DNA of 64,000 nt from Trichoplax adhaerens (taxonomy: Eukaryota > Animalia > Placozoa): NCBI RefSeq assembly GCF_000150275.1, contig NW_002060947.1, positions 418,695 through 482,694 of the forward strand, read 5' to 3'. How positions within the stretch are numbered: position 1 is the stretch's first letter; the number at the start of each line of letters is the position of its first letter. Both the position numbers and the translations under genes were made by a program. This document shows, one piece after another, positions 37,101 to 50,500 of this stretch. Under the pieces are notes generated by a model that saw only the letters and a list, made by a program, of their open reading frames with translations, was not told where the DNA came from and ran no database searches.

Positions 37101-40100
37101 CATGTAATCTGGCATAAATAACGCTATCAGCGCCTTTACAGTATAATTTTATTTTGCCATCAGGACACCTAACGATAACTGACATTCTTTTTCTAGTACT
37201 GTTAAATTCTAGAACGCTCAGTACTTCATAAATTTCTTCCTTTCCCAAGACCCGAATAGTAACTGTATTAGGGGTTCTAGCAGTGAAGGTAAATCCGATA
37301 TTTCGAGCAGCACATACAATTGCATCTTCATCCGGAGATGCCGCTTGGTAAGTTACGATAGATTTATCTTCATTTTGATAATCAGGTATTACAGTATGAC
37401 AAATGGCCATCATCGTTAGCATCTCGCGAATTATTGGAGCAATTCCCTGAAAATGTTGATAAATTAAATAACGTTATGAATCAACATTATAAGTTATTGT
37501 ATACATAACCCATAACTTCATTAAATTAATCAGTGACTGCTACATAATAGATTGGGAACGACTTACAGCAGGTTCTGACAAGTCTTTTAGTAAGTTTGTA
37601 TCATCAAAGCCATGCCCCTCAATACTTCTGTTAATGTTATAATGTACGAATACATATAATTAATAGCACTGCTAGATATACGTATTTGTTGTCAAGTACA
37701 GTATATCGTAATTTACCCATAAACTTTTCCGGCTATTGAACATCTTCGAAATTCCATTACATTGCGAGTTAATGTACCCGTTTTATCGGAGAATACATAT
37801 TTAACCTAGGATTGAAGAGTTTTCTCAGATTACTATAGTAACTGATGATATGAAATTTGCAACGAATTATTTAAGCAATCAATTAATGAGATGGTTGATA
37901 TCTCATTATATGACTAACCTGGCCCAATTCTTCATTTAGATTAGATGTTCGAGCTTTTGCAGGAGTATCGGTTTGCTCGTAGTACATGTCTAAATCCCAG
38001 CCAATCAGTAGCCCTTGCACGAAGCGCACAATCTGAAATATTATACTTATATTAAAATTAAATTTATTAAATAACTAACTGTAAAAATAATATAATCCTC
38101 CATAAACTGACCTCTAGAGTCACAATTAAGCTTATCGGTATCAAATTATTGTACAGAATTACGAAAGTAAGAAAAGCCATGCCAAATTTTGCAGGTTTCA
38201 ACCCTAAAAAACATCAACCTTTGTTATCTTACTGCAAAATGGCATAGAATGCAAATAAAATTTTTTTCATAGAGCATTTTAATAAAGAATTCATTTCTAA
38301 GGACAACCTTCAAATCTTGTTCTCCAAGCAATATGCGCTGGAACAGCTAAAAATTAAAAGGTGACTTATTTATGATAATCTAAATTTACTAATTAAATAA
38401 AATAATTATAAGTATTTATTTATTACCACTATAGCCTTCATATACAATAGCACTTAGCAATGACAGTCCAATCAAGAGGAAAAAGAGAAAAATTATCTAT
38501 CATAAAAAAAATGGCATTAGTTTCTTGACGAAATCAGCTAATATCATATATTCCTAGTAATTACAAGATATTTTGAAGGAAGTGGTGACATAATTGAGGC
38601 AGCTTTTACTTTAAGGTCAAAACGTACTTATTCGATATTATTACGTTACCTGATCGTTCGTAACATGCTCCACGTTGGAACGCTTTATCGGCGCCATTGT
38701 CGTATTCTAATTGTTCAAATTTGGGGGACAATAATTAATTAGTAATATATTTACGGTATATACGTTTTATTCGAGACTGTAAATATTACTTTAAACAAAC
38801 ATTAGGGAAAAAAAATACCTGCATAAGTTTGGATTCATGTCCAGTGTATATTACAAGACCTATGATGAAGGTAAGAATTAAGCTTATCGCTGACGTAAAG
38901 GATTAATATATTAATTATAAACATTATTTATTAGAACAGTAAAGGTAAAAGCAATTAACCGTAAACCCATTGGGTATTTCTTAATTGTGCTCCCCGTAAC
39001 AAAATTTGATTAGCTCCTATAGGAACTGGTCTACATAAAGATTAAATAAAAGCCCAGAATTACAATAACAAGCAAAGATACATTACTAAACTTGATAACT
39101 ACCATCGAATGCAAACTAACTCTTGTCCTTGTATGGATAAGTTGCCAACAAATCTGTACAAGCGGTTATTTGGACCTTCACATTCAACGTATCCCTACAA
39201 ATTTATAAGAATATCCAGTATATAAATTACAACTTAGTGGTTAGAATGGGCAAATTACTAATCGAAAAATAACCGGTTTCTACAGTTGTCAATCGAAAAG
39301 TGCAAACCTGGAGATCTTGCAAGTCATGTATGGAATTTTTAGAGGCCGTTTCTGGTAGCGCCTAGCAAATTAATAGCTTTCTTTAAACTTGGCTTCTAAT
39401 GTAAGCGTATAGGGTATAATTTGATTCATACATATTCACAAAATATTTTTACCTGGCGAATTTTTAAGTTTGTTTCACCATCAAGGTTTGCTGTCTGAAT
39501 GTAGCACATTCCTTGTGGTTCACTGAAATTTATAAAAACTATTTTTAGGGCTGATTACAAGACTCCATGAAGTGGGCGTTTATCATATATGTATGGTATG
39601 AATTACCTTTACTAATCTAAACAGATTGTAGATTAGTTATCAATACCTACCTCGAAGATAACAAAATTAAATCTGATGGAAAGAGTTGGCAGTTTGTCAC
39701 TTTTACAATATCTCCTGTGACAATCTATAAAAGTTGGACAAATGTAAATTCGAGTTTTTGGCAAGATATAATAACTACGTGTATTTCAATATTTAATTAA
39801 AATTCTACTAACATTTCTCCATTCATCAAGGACAAATTTTTCACCACGTGCAACTAATAAAAGATTTGAAAAAATTTTGAACTGTATTTGTAGATTCTGA
39901 TAAACATGTATATTTTACTATTTTACTAGCTTACCTAAAATTTTTGAATGATTCACTTCTCTATCGGCCTTATGACGCGCCTTTAATAGTTAGTAAAAAT
40001 AATTATATATACAATAAAGTTAAATTCGTCTTTGTTACCTTCTACTAAAAGTACACTAATTTAATCTAACTAATAGTGAAAGAGGTGTTTGCTGCTATCT

Positions 40101-43069
40101 TGAGAGTACGTAGTTAATTTATGTATATTAACAATAGGAATATTAGCGTTACGAACATAATCTTCGATAAGTTCTTTAATCGCAGAAATGCTCAGTACAA
40201 GTATTAAAGGTCCAGCTGTACTCCATTTACCAGTGGGCGACACACCGGGAATTTGCTAATAAAAATATTATACATGGTCGTATTATAAATCATTATAAAT
40301 TGATACATAATAATGGGATAATCGATATACAGTACTTATACTCAATAATAAAAATTTAAAGTCAAATTTTTCTCTAACGCGTAAATAGCAAATAGTAAAA
40401 GCATTCAATGTCCATACTTCTAACCTGAATTAAGGTAATAAATAAGAAGAACAAATTTGCATAGCGGCTAAATTGTTCGAATAAAAATTTCGGGAAAAAG
40501 GTAATAAGGTTGTACTTGGCAGTGCTAAAATTTATGAAAAGAAAGAATTTAATTTTAGAGCTATCAAGCGAACTGATTATATCAACTACAGACAGAATAA
40601 GAATATACTGTCAATACGCGTATGTTTTCACCTTTGCTTGAAATGTCATGTTGTTTTAAATGTCTTACCTAACTGAATTTGATTTATAACTCTTCTCTTG
40701 TGGTACGTTGATACCAATGAGGCGCTGACTGGTTTGTTGTTGTTGTGACGTTAAGGGATCATCTGGATTAACCGTTTCCTTATGAAAGTCTATAATATCA
40801 ACAAAATAAGATAAGGTTAAAATTAATCAGCGACGTACTTCGGTGTCTTACTTGAAGCCAAAGAAGTTATTTATCATAAAGTTATCGCATATAACCAATC
40901 AGGAAGTTTTTTTATTCCTAGTGATAATTTAATAATCTGAGTGATTACATAGTAATGTACCATATGAATGAAAAAGATTAAGTAATAATCTATAGATCGT
41001 TTAAGAAATCTGTACAGATTAGTAATAAATTCGCTATTAATTATTTTAGTATAAACAATTCATGTAAAATTAATTAAAATGCGCGTGGTGAATAGGACGA
41101 GTTCCGCGAGACGAATTTCTATTAAATTGTGCGTTTTAAAATAGGAGCGTATAAATGATATTAAAGTAGGTGTAGTAAATAGCAAATTTGACTTGATACG
41201 TTGACATACTAGTATCTTTAATTAGGCAAGCGACGTGCAACAAAATGTATTGCTAAAGCAGGCTGGAATATTGGAAAGAGTATATAGAAATTGGCAATAC
41301 TAAAAGGCAATATCCAATACAGTCTTTTCCATTGATACTCAATGGTAAATACAAAGTAGAAGGGATCATTATTATTAATGCAGGTTTTTTCCTAGACGTA
41401 GTGATTCACAGGCTGCGTATCAAAATGCGAACATGAAACATCAATACGGAAGAAATTGAAAAGAAATATTAAGTTCAGTACTACACGCAATCATCCATTT
41501 CAATTTCAAGGATAACAGAATGTGCGAGAAAAAGGAATGCTGATACAAGATTTCTTTATAGAGTGTCTTCAAGAGTATACTGGCGTATATGTACTGTACA
41601 GTATACTGTATGTCTTCGCCTAATATATCACCATGGACCATTTTAGATACTACAAGAGTAAAAAGACATACAGTATACAGTGATATAACTGTTGTAGCAA
41701 GACTTAATGTCCTTTGTTCTAGTAGCAATCATGAATAGTTAGTTGTAAAATTTAAAAGGATCCGCGAATCAATGATGATAGACCCAAAACAGAAGATTGG
41801 AAACATTGAAAGCTTTGAAGTTATTGATACAGTATCAATTTGAGAATCTTTATACTGTACTCTTTCGCAGGATAAATTACAAATGGAATCATTTCATCGC
41901 TATGATAATAATTAATGGAGTTGTATATGTAAGAGAGAACTTGATAATCACATCGACATTAAGCACCATACGCTCAAAAATTCAAGCTAATCTTGAAATG
42001 TATATCATAACAAAACTACCGACAAATGTACTCTTTCAATATTGAAGTGTGTCCCTGATTATACATGTACAGTATACCAAAGGCAATTAATTAATTTATG
42101 AACGCAGTAACATTCAACCAACGACTGATGAAGAATTCACAACAATTCAGTCACACTTATACGTCAACTCAAACCGGATATTTCAAAAATAAGTACAGTA
42201 CACGATACGTTGTAAATTGATTTATCAATTCTGATTGCCACGACAGCTTGATCATTCTTAGTCTACAAAATATATAAGACACCTAGTTTTGATAAAGTGA
42301 ATTGAACCACATTGATAGTCGCCGATACAGCACTCTATCCTCTCGGTCAAGGTTGCCGTTCTTGATCCCATTCAATAACAATATGTACACTAACATAGTA
42401 TGGTTTCTTTCAAGAAGAAGAAATCAGTTGTACAGTATCTTGTTCATAGCTATGCTGTATAATGCCTAGTAAATGGGTCAATTGTACCTATTGCCATGCT
42501 CCATGAAGATAGATTGTCAAAAGTAGGCTTTGAAATAAATTATTTGAAAGCAATCAAGACCTTGCGGAACAAACTCTACGGACAATTCAACATCCGAGAA
42601 TGCATTGTTCACCAATCCGGTCTATGAAAAGTACTTTTATCATCCATTCAACTTGACCGCGTTGGAAGTGCAGGGATTACTGTTATGAACTAACAAGAAT
42701 TGCATGCAAATGCTCATGACTAGTTCAATCCGAACGCTATTATCTACAGTCATTCAAGCAGAGTATGTCTGGGACGAAATTATTTAATAGAATTGCAGAG
42801 TTGAGGAGATTACAGTCATGTACGTATCACGCCCCTATGTTTTGCATAGGAAAAGATGCGAACAGAAAGTATTTCCTACTGCTGTCCACCACTGCTCTTT
42901 CTAGTCGTCTTATCGCTGATATTAGTACTGAAAATGATCACTCATACTCCTCATCACAGACAAACTCACATTTTCGAAGCTTACTGAATCTCTCTTTCTC
43001 AAAGAAAAGTGTCTTTTCCGATTGAGAAGACAAGAGCGAAACTTTTTCGGAACTTTCCGCAGGATCCAT
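34120..43069 (-). CDS. ATP8A: P4-ATPase phospholipid flippase, ATP8A1/ATP8A2 (Drs2) subfamily, multi-exon
   Basis: Exon 1 43069-42970 (MDPAESSEK..., phase 1) joins the exon at 40789. Spliced motifs: [98 protein letters not shown]-terminal [10 protein letters not shown] (ATP8A autoinhibitory motif), ELIRRYD...PLGD* (stop 34122-34120). Confidence 0.95.
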
Positions 43070-43458
43070 TGGTCAGCCTAGGTCGGTATCACGTTGTGGT
43101 CGGTAGGCGTCAGTTGTTAGCATAAGACGTCAGCGATCAAAGCTCTGGCGCGCAATAGACGCTTGTTAATCCAGAATCGTTGACAATCCACTATGGCAAT
43201 AAATGGACTACTTCTTGACTACTTGACAGTCTCTGTAGACCCATCAAAATGGTAAAACGTAAGTAATCAATTAGCGTTGATTCCCTTTTGCCAGTGCCAC
43301 TGCTGTAATCCATCTACCGAATGAACAATAGCAGATTTTAGCGTTCATACGATATCGTTTGTCGGTCAAGAACGTTGTGGTTATGCAATGATAGACGGTT
43401 CGATTTCGCTTGCATCGATTCATAGAAATCAAGGTACGTTTCCCACTCCAGTCTTTTT

Positions 43459-44250
43459 CTACAGTACAGTGTACAGTACAGTGTACAGTACACGAGAGAC
43501 CCTCTACTGTACTGTACTGTACAGTATGAGCGACATGACAATCTATTGTTAGTTCAAATTGGGTTTGTACAGTACAGTACTGTACACTGTACAATGTACA
43601 GTACATTATACGGTACAGTACAACAACTGTACAGTGTACAGTACTGTACCGTAATTGGACGATTGATTGATTTTTTTTTTTTTTTAGATACAGTATGTCA
43701 ATGCATGTCTAATGTATCACTAGGAAAGCTTAAACGAAGTGTACAGTACTGTATAAAAAAATTCAATTTATGCAAAATGATCAGGCCTACTGTACAGTGT
43801 ACACTGTACAGTACAGTACAGTACATACTGTAGGAGTACAGTACTGTACACTGTACACTGTACAGTATGGTACTGACCGTACAGTACAGTACAGTACAGA
43901 CAACAACAACTACTGCACTTAATGGTTAAGCATCGCTTAGCCAATGAAATCTTTCTTTGATCAAGTGATTGTTTGTTTTGTTCTAAATCCAATCGCGAAT
44001 CAAAGTTGCAATTTACAGCACGGTACAGTACAATTATTAATTTCTATATTAGGGTACATTATACGTACAGTACAGTACTATAAAACTCATTGTACAAAAA
44101 TAGATTTACGGTTAGTGACATAACACTGTACAGTATTTACCGTACAGTACGTACCGTACGGTCGTGCGGGAAAACTTTGAATACAGTACACTACAGTATA
44201 CAGTACTGTAATGTGCTGTACACCCTACTGCGCTGTACTGTACTGTATAA
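43459..44250. repeat. Large TA(CAG|CTG)TA array field in the divergent ATP8A/PTTG1IP promoter
   Basis: Many blocks of tacagta/tactgta/tacactgta/tacagtgta, with tacggta/taccgta variants, interleaved with unique sequence. Confidence 0.92.
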
Positions 44251-44437
44251 GCGTGACATCAGAGAAAATTCACGGAAAAACTGCTTGAAAACAACATTGA
44301 AGGATTTTAGTCAAGAAGCCATCGGTAAACCTTTTCATTAACAACTCTTGATCACATTTTCGCCAAGTGACCACTCATTGCGTCTTGAAACAGGACAGAA
44401 AATTACAATTGCACTTTAAAAAGTAGAAAAGTCTTAC

Positions 44438-44974
44438 ATGATGAATGTCTTACTACGTATTTCGTTATCGATCTTGATTTTAACCGTTTTTACTCAATAC
44501 TGTTTGGCTGACACTACCGTCAAACCTACAGAAAAACCTGTCGATTGTAGAAAGTACAACGGCAGTTGTGGCGACTGCGTTGGTACACATCACTGCTACT
44601 ATTGCGGCTCTAGTAAAGTTTGTTGGAAATACGACCCTACTATTAAAAATTTTATCCCGCCTGAAAGCCAATGTGCTAAAAATGACTCCTTCCTTGGACA
44701 GTGCTTTTTTTCTACTCTTGTTCTATTGATCGCTGTACCTACAACAGCCGGTGTATTACTGATCGCCCTTGGCTGTACCATTTATTATTGTTGCTGTCGC
44801 AATAACAAGCGCAAAATCCAGCGTGATCAAGCACAATTCCAGGCAGAGTTGGATCGAAGAAAAGAGGCATCGGATCGACGAAAATCTGAAAGGCAAGCGA
44901 AACGTGACGACATTCGACGCAAGTATGGTTTGTTCAAAGATGGTGACGATTCAATGTATTCTAGAATGGCCTAA
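44438..44974 (+). CDS. PTTG1IP: PTTG1-interacting protein (PBF) homolog, single-exon CDS, 178 aa
   Basis: Signal peptide, PSI-type Cys domain (CGDCV...CYYC...C), TM helix followed by YYCCC, basic coiled tail ending DDIRRKYGLFKD...YSRM as in PTTG1IP. Confidence 0.9.
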   Translation: MMNVLLRISLSILILTVFTQYCLADTTVKPTEKPVDCRKYNGSCGDCVGTHHCYYCGSSKVCWKYDPTIKNFIPPESQCAKNDSFLGQCFFSTLVLLIAVPTTAGVLLIALGCTIYYCCCRNNKRKIQRDQAQFQAELDRRKEASDRRKSERQAKRDDIRRKYGLFKDGDDSMYSRMA

Positions 44975-45890
44975 ATTCCAGTATTACTTGTTACAGTCTA
45001 TAGTGTAGCGTAGAATAGAATAAAATAAGACAAAAAAGTCTACATTGAAAAGTTCCTAAATGCCTTATAAGTGAGGAGTTACTGCATGATCAGGCGTTGC
45101 TTCTGCCTTATAGCGTTGAACGATGATTGTATTATCGTAATTTGTAACGCAGATTTTGCTGTATGGACTGAATATGCCAATGTTTAAAGTATGATAATCG
45201 TGTCCTCTATAATTTACTTGAAAGTCGATGCGTGACTATCAATTCATTGTACTGTATACCTACAACAGTATCGTAACGCATTAGTTTATTATGCGTGACA
45301 TAGCTGATATTTTAAGACCGAAATATCTCACAACCAAAGTTTGATAATGTCGATCTAGTTGGCAAGCTACAGTATTGTACTATAGGTTAGAAATTAGAGG
45401 AAGATTTCGGTCGATTTTTTACATCTTTACAGTATGTTGCCAGTACCTCAATGTTGTACAGTAACCATTAATAATAAATAATAGTAATCTTACTGCATTA
45501 GTGAAGTAATCGGCGCTGTAATTGTATAATGGTAATTGATAAACTATGAAATATTATTGAATAAAATGCTCGGATAATAACTTTTCATATACAATTATTG
45601 AATGGTAGTATTAATAATGATAGGTAGTCAAGTTTCCCTAGCACGTTATAATATTAGTGAAAATTGTCCGAAACGAATCGAATGGTGAAAACTCATCTCC
45701 GTAAATAAGTAGGCGTTGTATAAACGCGTTCAATTCGATGTGGAACTGCATATACTGTACATACTTACACGCACATTGGTATATACTCACTATATAGTAA
45801 CAGTATTGCTCAATGTTCAATACAAGTGTACAGTATAGAAGGTCCAAAAAATTATTATTATCATGAACTCAGCATAAATTGTAATATTAA

Positions 45891-46309
45891 CCCTTGTAAT
45901 TGTCTGTCCGTCAAGTTCAGTCACAACGCTCTACCAGGGTAGGATCTCTTGGTAGAGACTTGAAAAAAAATTGTAAATTCGAAGAGGAAATTAGAATTTT
46001 CTTTTACAAGCTCGCGGCTGCACTAACTGCGTACTGTACCAGGTACCTTCTACTCAAGGACAACCTGGGGCTACTCCAGTAAAAATGTAAAAATATTACC
46101 CTTTTTCCATCGCGGCTGTGCTTACGGCGCACTGTACCAGGTACCTTCTACTCAGGGATAACCGAGGACTGCTCAAGTAAAAATGGAAAAATATTACCCT
46201 TTTTCCACCGTCTACCCTCTCTATGACTATCGTACAACGTAGTGGGCTAGTGGCACAGCAATGTACTGTACAGTATACTGTTTTTTAGTATAATAATTTT
46301 ACGGGCGGG
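45891..46309. mobile_element. Possible non-autonomous piggyBac-type element (~419 bp) with an internal ~98-bp direct repeat
   Basis: TTAA|CCC... at 45887-45893 and ...GGG|TTAA at 46307-46313. Imperfect TIRs (CCCTTGTAA vs CCCGCCCGTAA), two internal tandem units 46013-46210, inverted pair ctctacca...tggtagag at ~45929-45957. Confidence 0.4.
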
Positions 46310-47552
46310 TTAACATGACGTAATGTCAATAGCATAAGTTGCGGAAAATACGAGCAATGAAGATATTCAATCGTTACTGGACTTGAACTATTTGTGATGA
46401 TACCGTTGACTGGATACTACTGAGTATCCAGTCAATCAATACTACATTCTACGTTAAAGATTCGTGACTGGAAATAGCTGTACTTACGGAGACAGTTTTC
46501 CCTCTGCTTAATAAGCTCCATCACAAAATAACGGTTATCTGATTAAGATCAACTACTAGGAAGCAAAAATTTAGAATTTTGGCTAACTAAATGACACTTG
46601 CACAACTATCGTTAACTTCCGCTACCGGATAAATCAATTCATAAAACTGCCGGAATGGTACAAAACAGTCTCTTGACCGGTAGCAATTATTTATTTCTTT
46701 GAACAAACTTTATACGAATATACAGTATGTATGTGCAGTACATTGTACAGTCTGTGATAATACTTCCCTGTACTGCCTTAAATATAAATTGAAAATTATT
46801 TTCAATATCATGCCAACGAGACAACCTCCGTTCAACACAACCAACTAGTTTATTCACAACAATGCTTTATTTCATATATTTTCGTTAAACTAAAAGCAAA
46901 TATTTAAGGCTAGTATACAGTATTACGGTACGATACAGCTGTCATACATTACTATGTAATCGATAGATCTTACACAAATCTTACAGTTAAGAATCTCCCA
47001 TGCAATAGAATGATTACAATAAACTTTACTTTATCAACCCCACAAATATGTATCATACATACGGTACACAAGCTGAAATCTAAACATCAAGAAAATTTTG
47101 ACCAAAACATTAATTCAAGCTATAACTACATGTAGCTTCCAGATGAATGTCTGCATTTACAATTTACAGTTAAAATGTAATCTATACGTCTTGTGTTGTA
47201 CATACCAGATCAGAATGCACCTTCAATTTGAGGTCAATACTACGTGACCGTTGACACTGCTGGGTTAAGATGTCGTACAATTTAAATGTCTTTAGTAAAT
47301 ATACATCTTATTTATAACGTGGTCCAACTAACTTATCTACTGTATATTCGTTCTAATAATATCATTTACAGTAATGAGCGCAAAGTAGTATTCCATAAAA
47401 CAATGATTATGTTCTCAATGTATTTGAAGCTAATATATTATGTAACGGTGACAATGCGATTGTAAGCACTGCATTTCAATGTTACCTTTCACATAATTTA
47501 ACTGCTACAATTGAAGGTATATATAGTCCGTATTCGAATAGGAATACTAAAA

Positions 47553-50500
47553 TTACAGAGAGGCGTCCAGAGGTTTCTGATCTAATTTACTGCGAAACGT
47601 TTTAACCATGTAGATAAAGTACGAAAGAGCTTCTGTCTCAATCACAGGGATCGTATAAAAGTGCTTCTGCAAATGCTACACAACCAACAAATATCAAAAA
47701 AATAAATTAATAAATCACATAATGTCAGTGGATATTTCAGGTGTAAAGCGTTGGCTGCATAAGCAATTATAATAACGGATTTCTAAAATAGCGCCGCTAA
47801 AGCAAACTGAATAAAAACGCTATCGTCACAACATGAATCAGAACAAGTAATGCATATGAGTAACAAGATATCTTATAACTGAAGACAATTTATGCCTATA
47901 TGGGTCTTTGCCAACTTACCTCGACCAACTGAGCTTTATTCATTCCTGGTCTAGTCTGTAATTTAAAGTGACGCTTGTATCGTCGAAGAGCACTAACTTG
48001 TAGTTGATGAAAGTCAACCTGCAGAAATATTGCATACGTGAGAGCAAGACACAGTAAACTGATTTTTCAGCCACCAATAATATAATCTGTGGTAGTTTAG
48101 ACCGCTATCGCCGTTTAATACTTAATTAAATGTTCATGCGTACATATCAACTTTCAATAATGTTTCGCATCTTGTAGTAACCACATCACAGAAATTTTTA
48201 AAAATGATTACCTCTGGAGTTTCGCCATCTTCATCCGATTCTTTCCTTCGTCTGCCTTTGTTACGAACACTTAGTATCATATTTTTATGATGGTCGCAAA
48301 TATAGATGTGTGGAGCCTAAAATAATATGCAATCAAGATGATGAGAGAAAAAAGGATCAGGTGTTGTACTGTTTGCTATCGGAGCAAGTTTTGAATTCAA
48401 TTTTTTACAACATAAATTTAGAAATTATCTAAATTTGTTGTGTAAAATCTATAGGGAAACACACTGTGCATTGTGACGAATACAAATATTTCTATTAAAG
48501 GAAAATCTACTGTAGTGGACTAGTTCATGTATAATAATCTTCTACAGGTACTGTATTACTACAGTATTACACGCTATGTAGCCCACATACGAGTTCGTGT
48601 ACTGTATCTCACCCATTTATCTAGAAAAATGTTAACATAAGCATTTGTCAAGACTTGGAAAACAATTTAACTCCATTTTTTTAATATAGCATTGATTGAT
48701 GCAATAAAGTGGGTAAGTTATACGAATCATCATAATATGTAAAATGTAGTACATTAGTAACATTACTATGGCACTTCTGCTTCAATCGTAGATTATGTAA
48801 ATTAACAACAAAAACGTCAAATTTGTTCAATGGGCTAGCTACTGCTAGTACATGTTTCATCTTCAGGAGCTCAGCTGTAGCGACTGTCTTCAAATTACGA
48901 TAATTATTTACGCCTAATATACTCGAATGTACTTGCATGAACAATAAGTTGCTAAAAATTAAGCTACGGCATCATGTGTCTCAGTTTGTTGGTATGTATA
49001 GTACGTGTATACTGTATACGCGTACATAAACGAGTCTGTCCAATAACCTCATTGTTGAAAATGAATTAATCATCGTATACAGTAGAGTAGAATGCCGTAC
49101 AGTTTGGTATCAATAAATAAATAATGAAATCAATCTTCTCGTAGCATGAGCTACGATTGATTACAGAAATAAACTTGATCATCGATGCATTCAATTTTAA
49201 ATCGTAGAATACCGTACAGTCTGGTATCAATAAATAAATAATAAAATCAATCTTCTCGTAGCTTGAGCTACGATTGATTACAGAAATAGACTTGATCATC
49301 GATGCATTCAATTTTAAATCGTAGAATACCGCACGGTCTGGCATCAATAAATCAATGAAATCGATCTTCTCGTAGCATGAGCTACGATTGATTACAGCAA
49401 TAGACTTGATCATCGATGCATTCAATTTTAAATCGTAGAATACCGTACAGTCTGGTGTCAATAAATAAAAAATAAAATCAATCTTATCGTAGCATGAGCT
49501 ACGATTGATTACAGAAATAGACTTGATCATCGATGCATTCAATTTTAAATCAATTTTAAACTAAAGCAATGGCTAATAGTCCTCGTGAATCGTTTTAGTA
49601 CTTACATGTAATGCACAGTACTGTACTGTACGTTAACGAGTTACAACTAAAATTATGGAGTTTACAGGCACCAAGAAAGTCAATCGATGCTCTTCCAGAT
49701 AGATCTTTTAGGAATTATAGTTTGTGTCGTTCCTCGTCAAATCCAATTAATTCCCCTCCCCAAACACTGCATGTACTGTACTGCAGTACTTAGAGGTGGG
49801 CTTTAAAAATAAAATTTGATAACTATACCCGTACAATACGATTACGAAGCCATAGTGCGACAAGCTGGCTTTCAAACTCAGACAAGTCGTCAGCATGTGT
49901 CTGGCCAGTCTGGGCAATGTTGAGATCGCCTTTTATTGCTTTGCTGAAGTCATCATCATCATCATCATACAATACAGTATAGTCAAAACAATGCTATCCT
50001 ATAATTATGCTCGTAGAGCACAGTACTAGAAGTGGCCGACTTAACCCAGTACTGAAGCACTGTCAATATTAGTACTGGCCAATTGGGCAAGGTCAGGCAG
50101 GACATGGGCTGCTGGCTGCAATTTAGAATGATGCATGCAAGATGCACCTACGAGTATGTCTTTTCGGATCCGTGTTGATCCAGTTCCTCCGCTACAATTA
50201 AATTGTTATTACTTAAGAATCGAATTCAGAACTACAGTATGCATAATAAGGGAACAGCAATTTACCAAGCTCTCACGATGGTCAACATTCAATGGCTCAT
50301 ATAGTATGCACTACTTTTGTACTGTGGTCGGCGGGGGTACAACATCAGTATACTTTACAATGATGTATTGTACTCGTATGTGCACACGACTATTTTATGT
50401 CAAGCTGGCTCTAAATCACCTGATTTATTCCATGATGGTAATATTTATTTTCCCTAATATTGATAGCATACAGTAGTATTTTCCCTCGTACTGATTTAGG

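Noticed and set aside
43271-44341. Several ORFs of 67-111 aa on both strands
   Set aside because: Translations of the TACAG/CTGTA arrays with no protein-like features.
49066-49542. 158-aa repetitive ORF from the minisatellite (unit lengths are multiples of 3)
   Set aside because: Non-ATG start, lies inside SAP30 intron 1, no splice support; frame preservation rests on a single 3-bp indel.
49087-49550. CRISPR-like appearance of repeats with hairpins
   Set aside because: Whole units are repeated with no unique spacers, no cas genes, and the context is eukaryotic.
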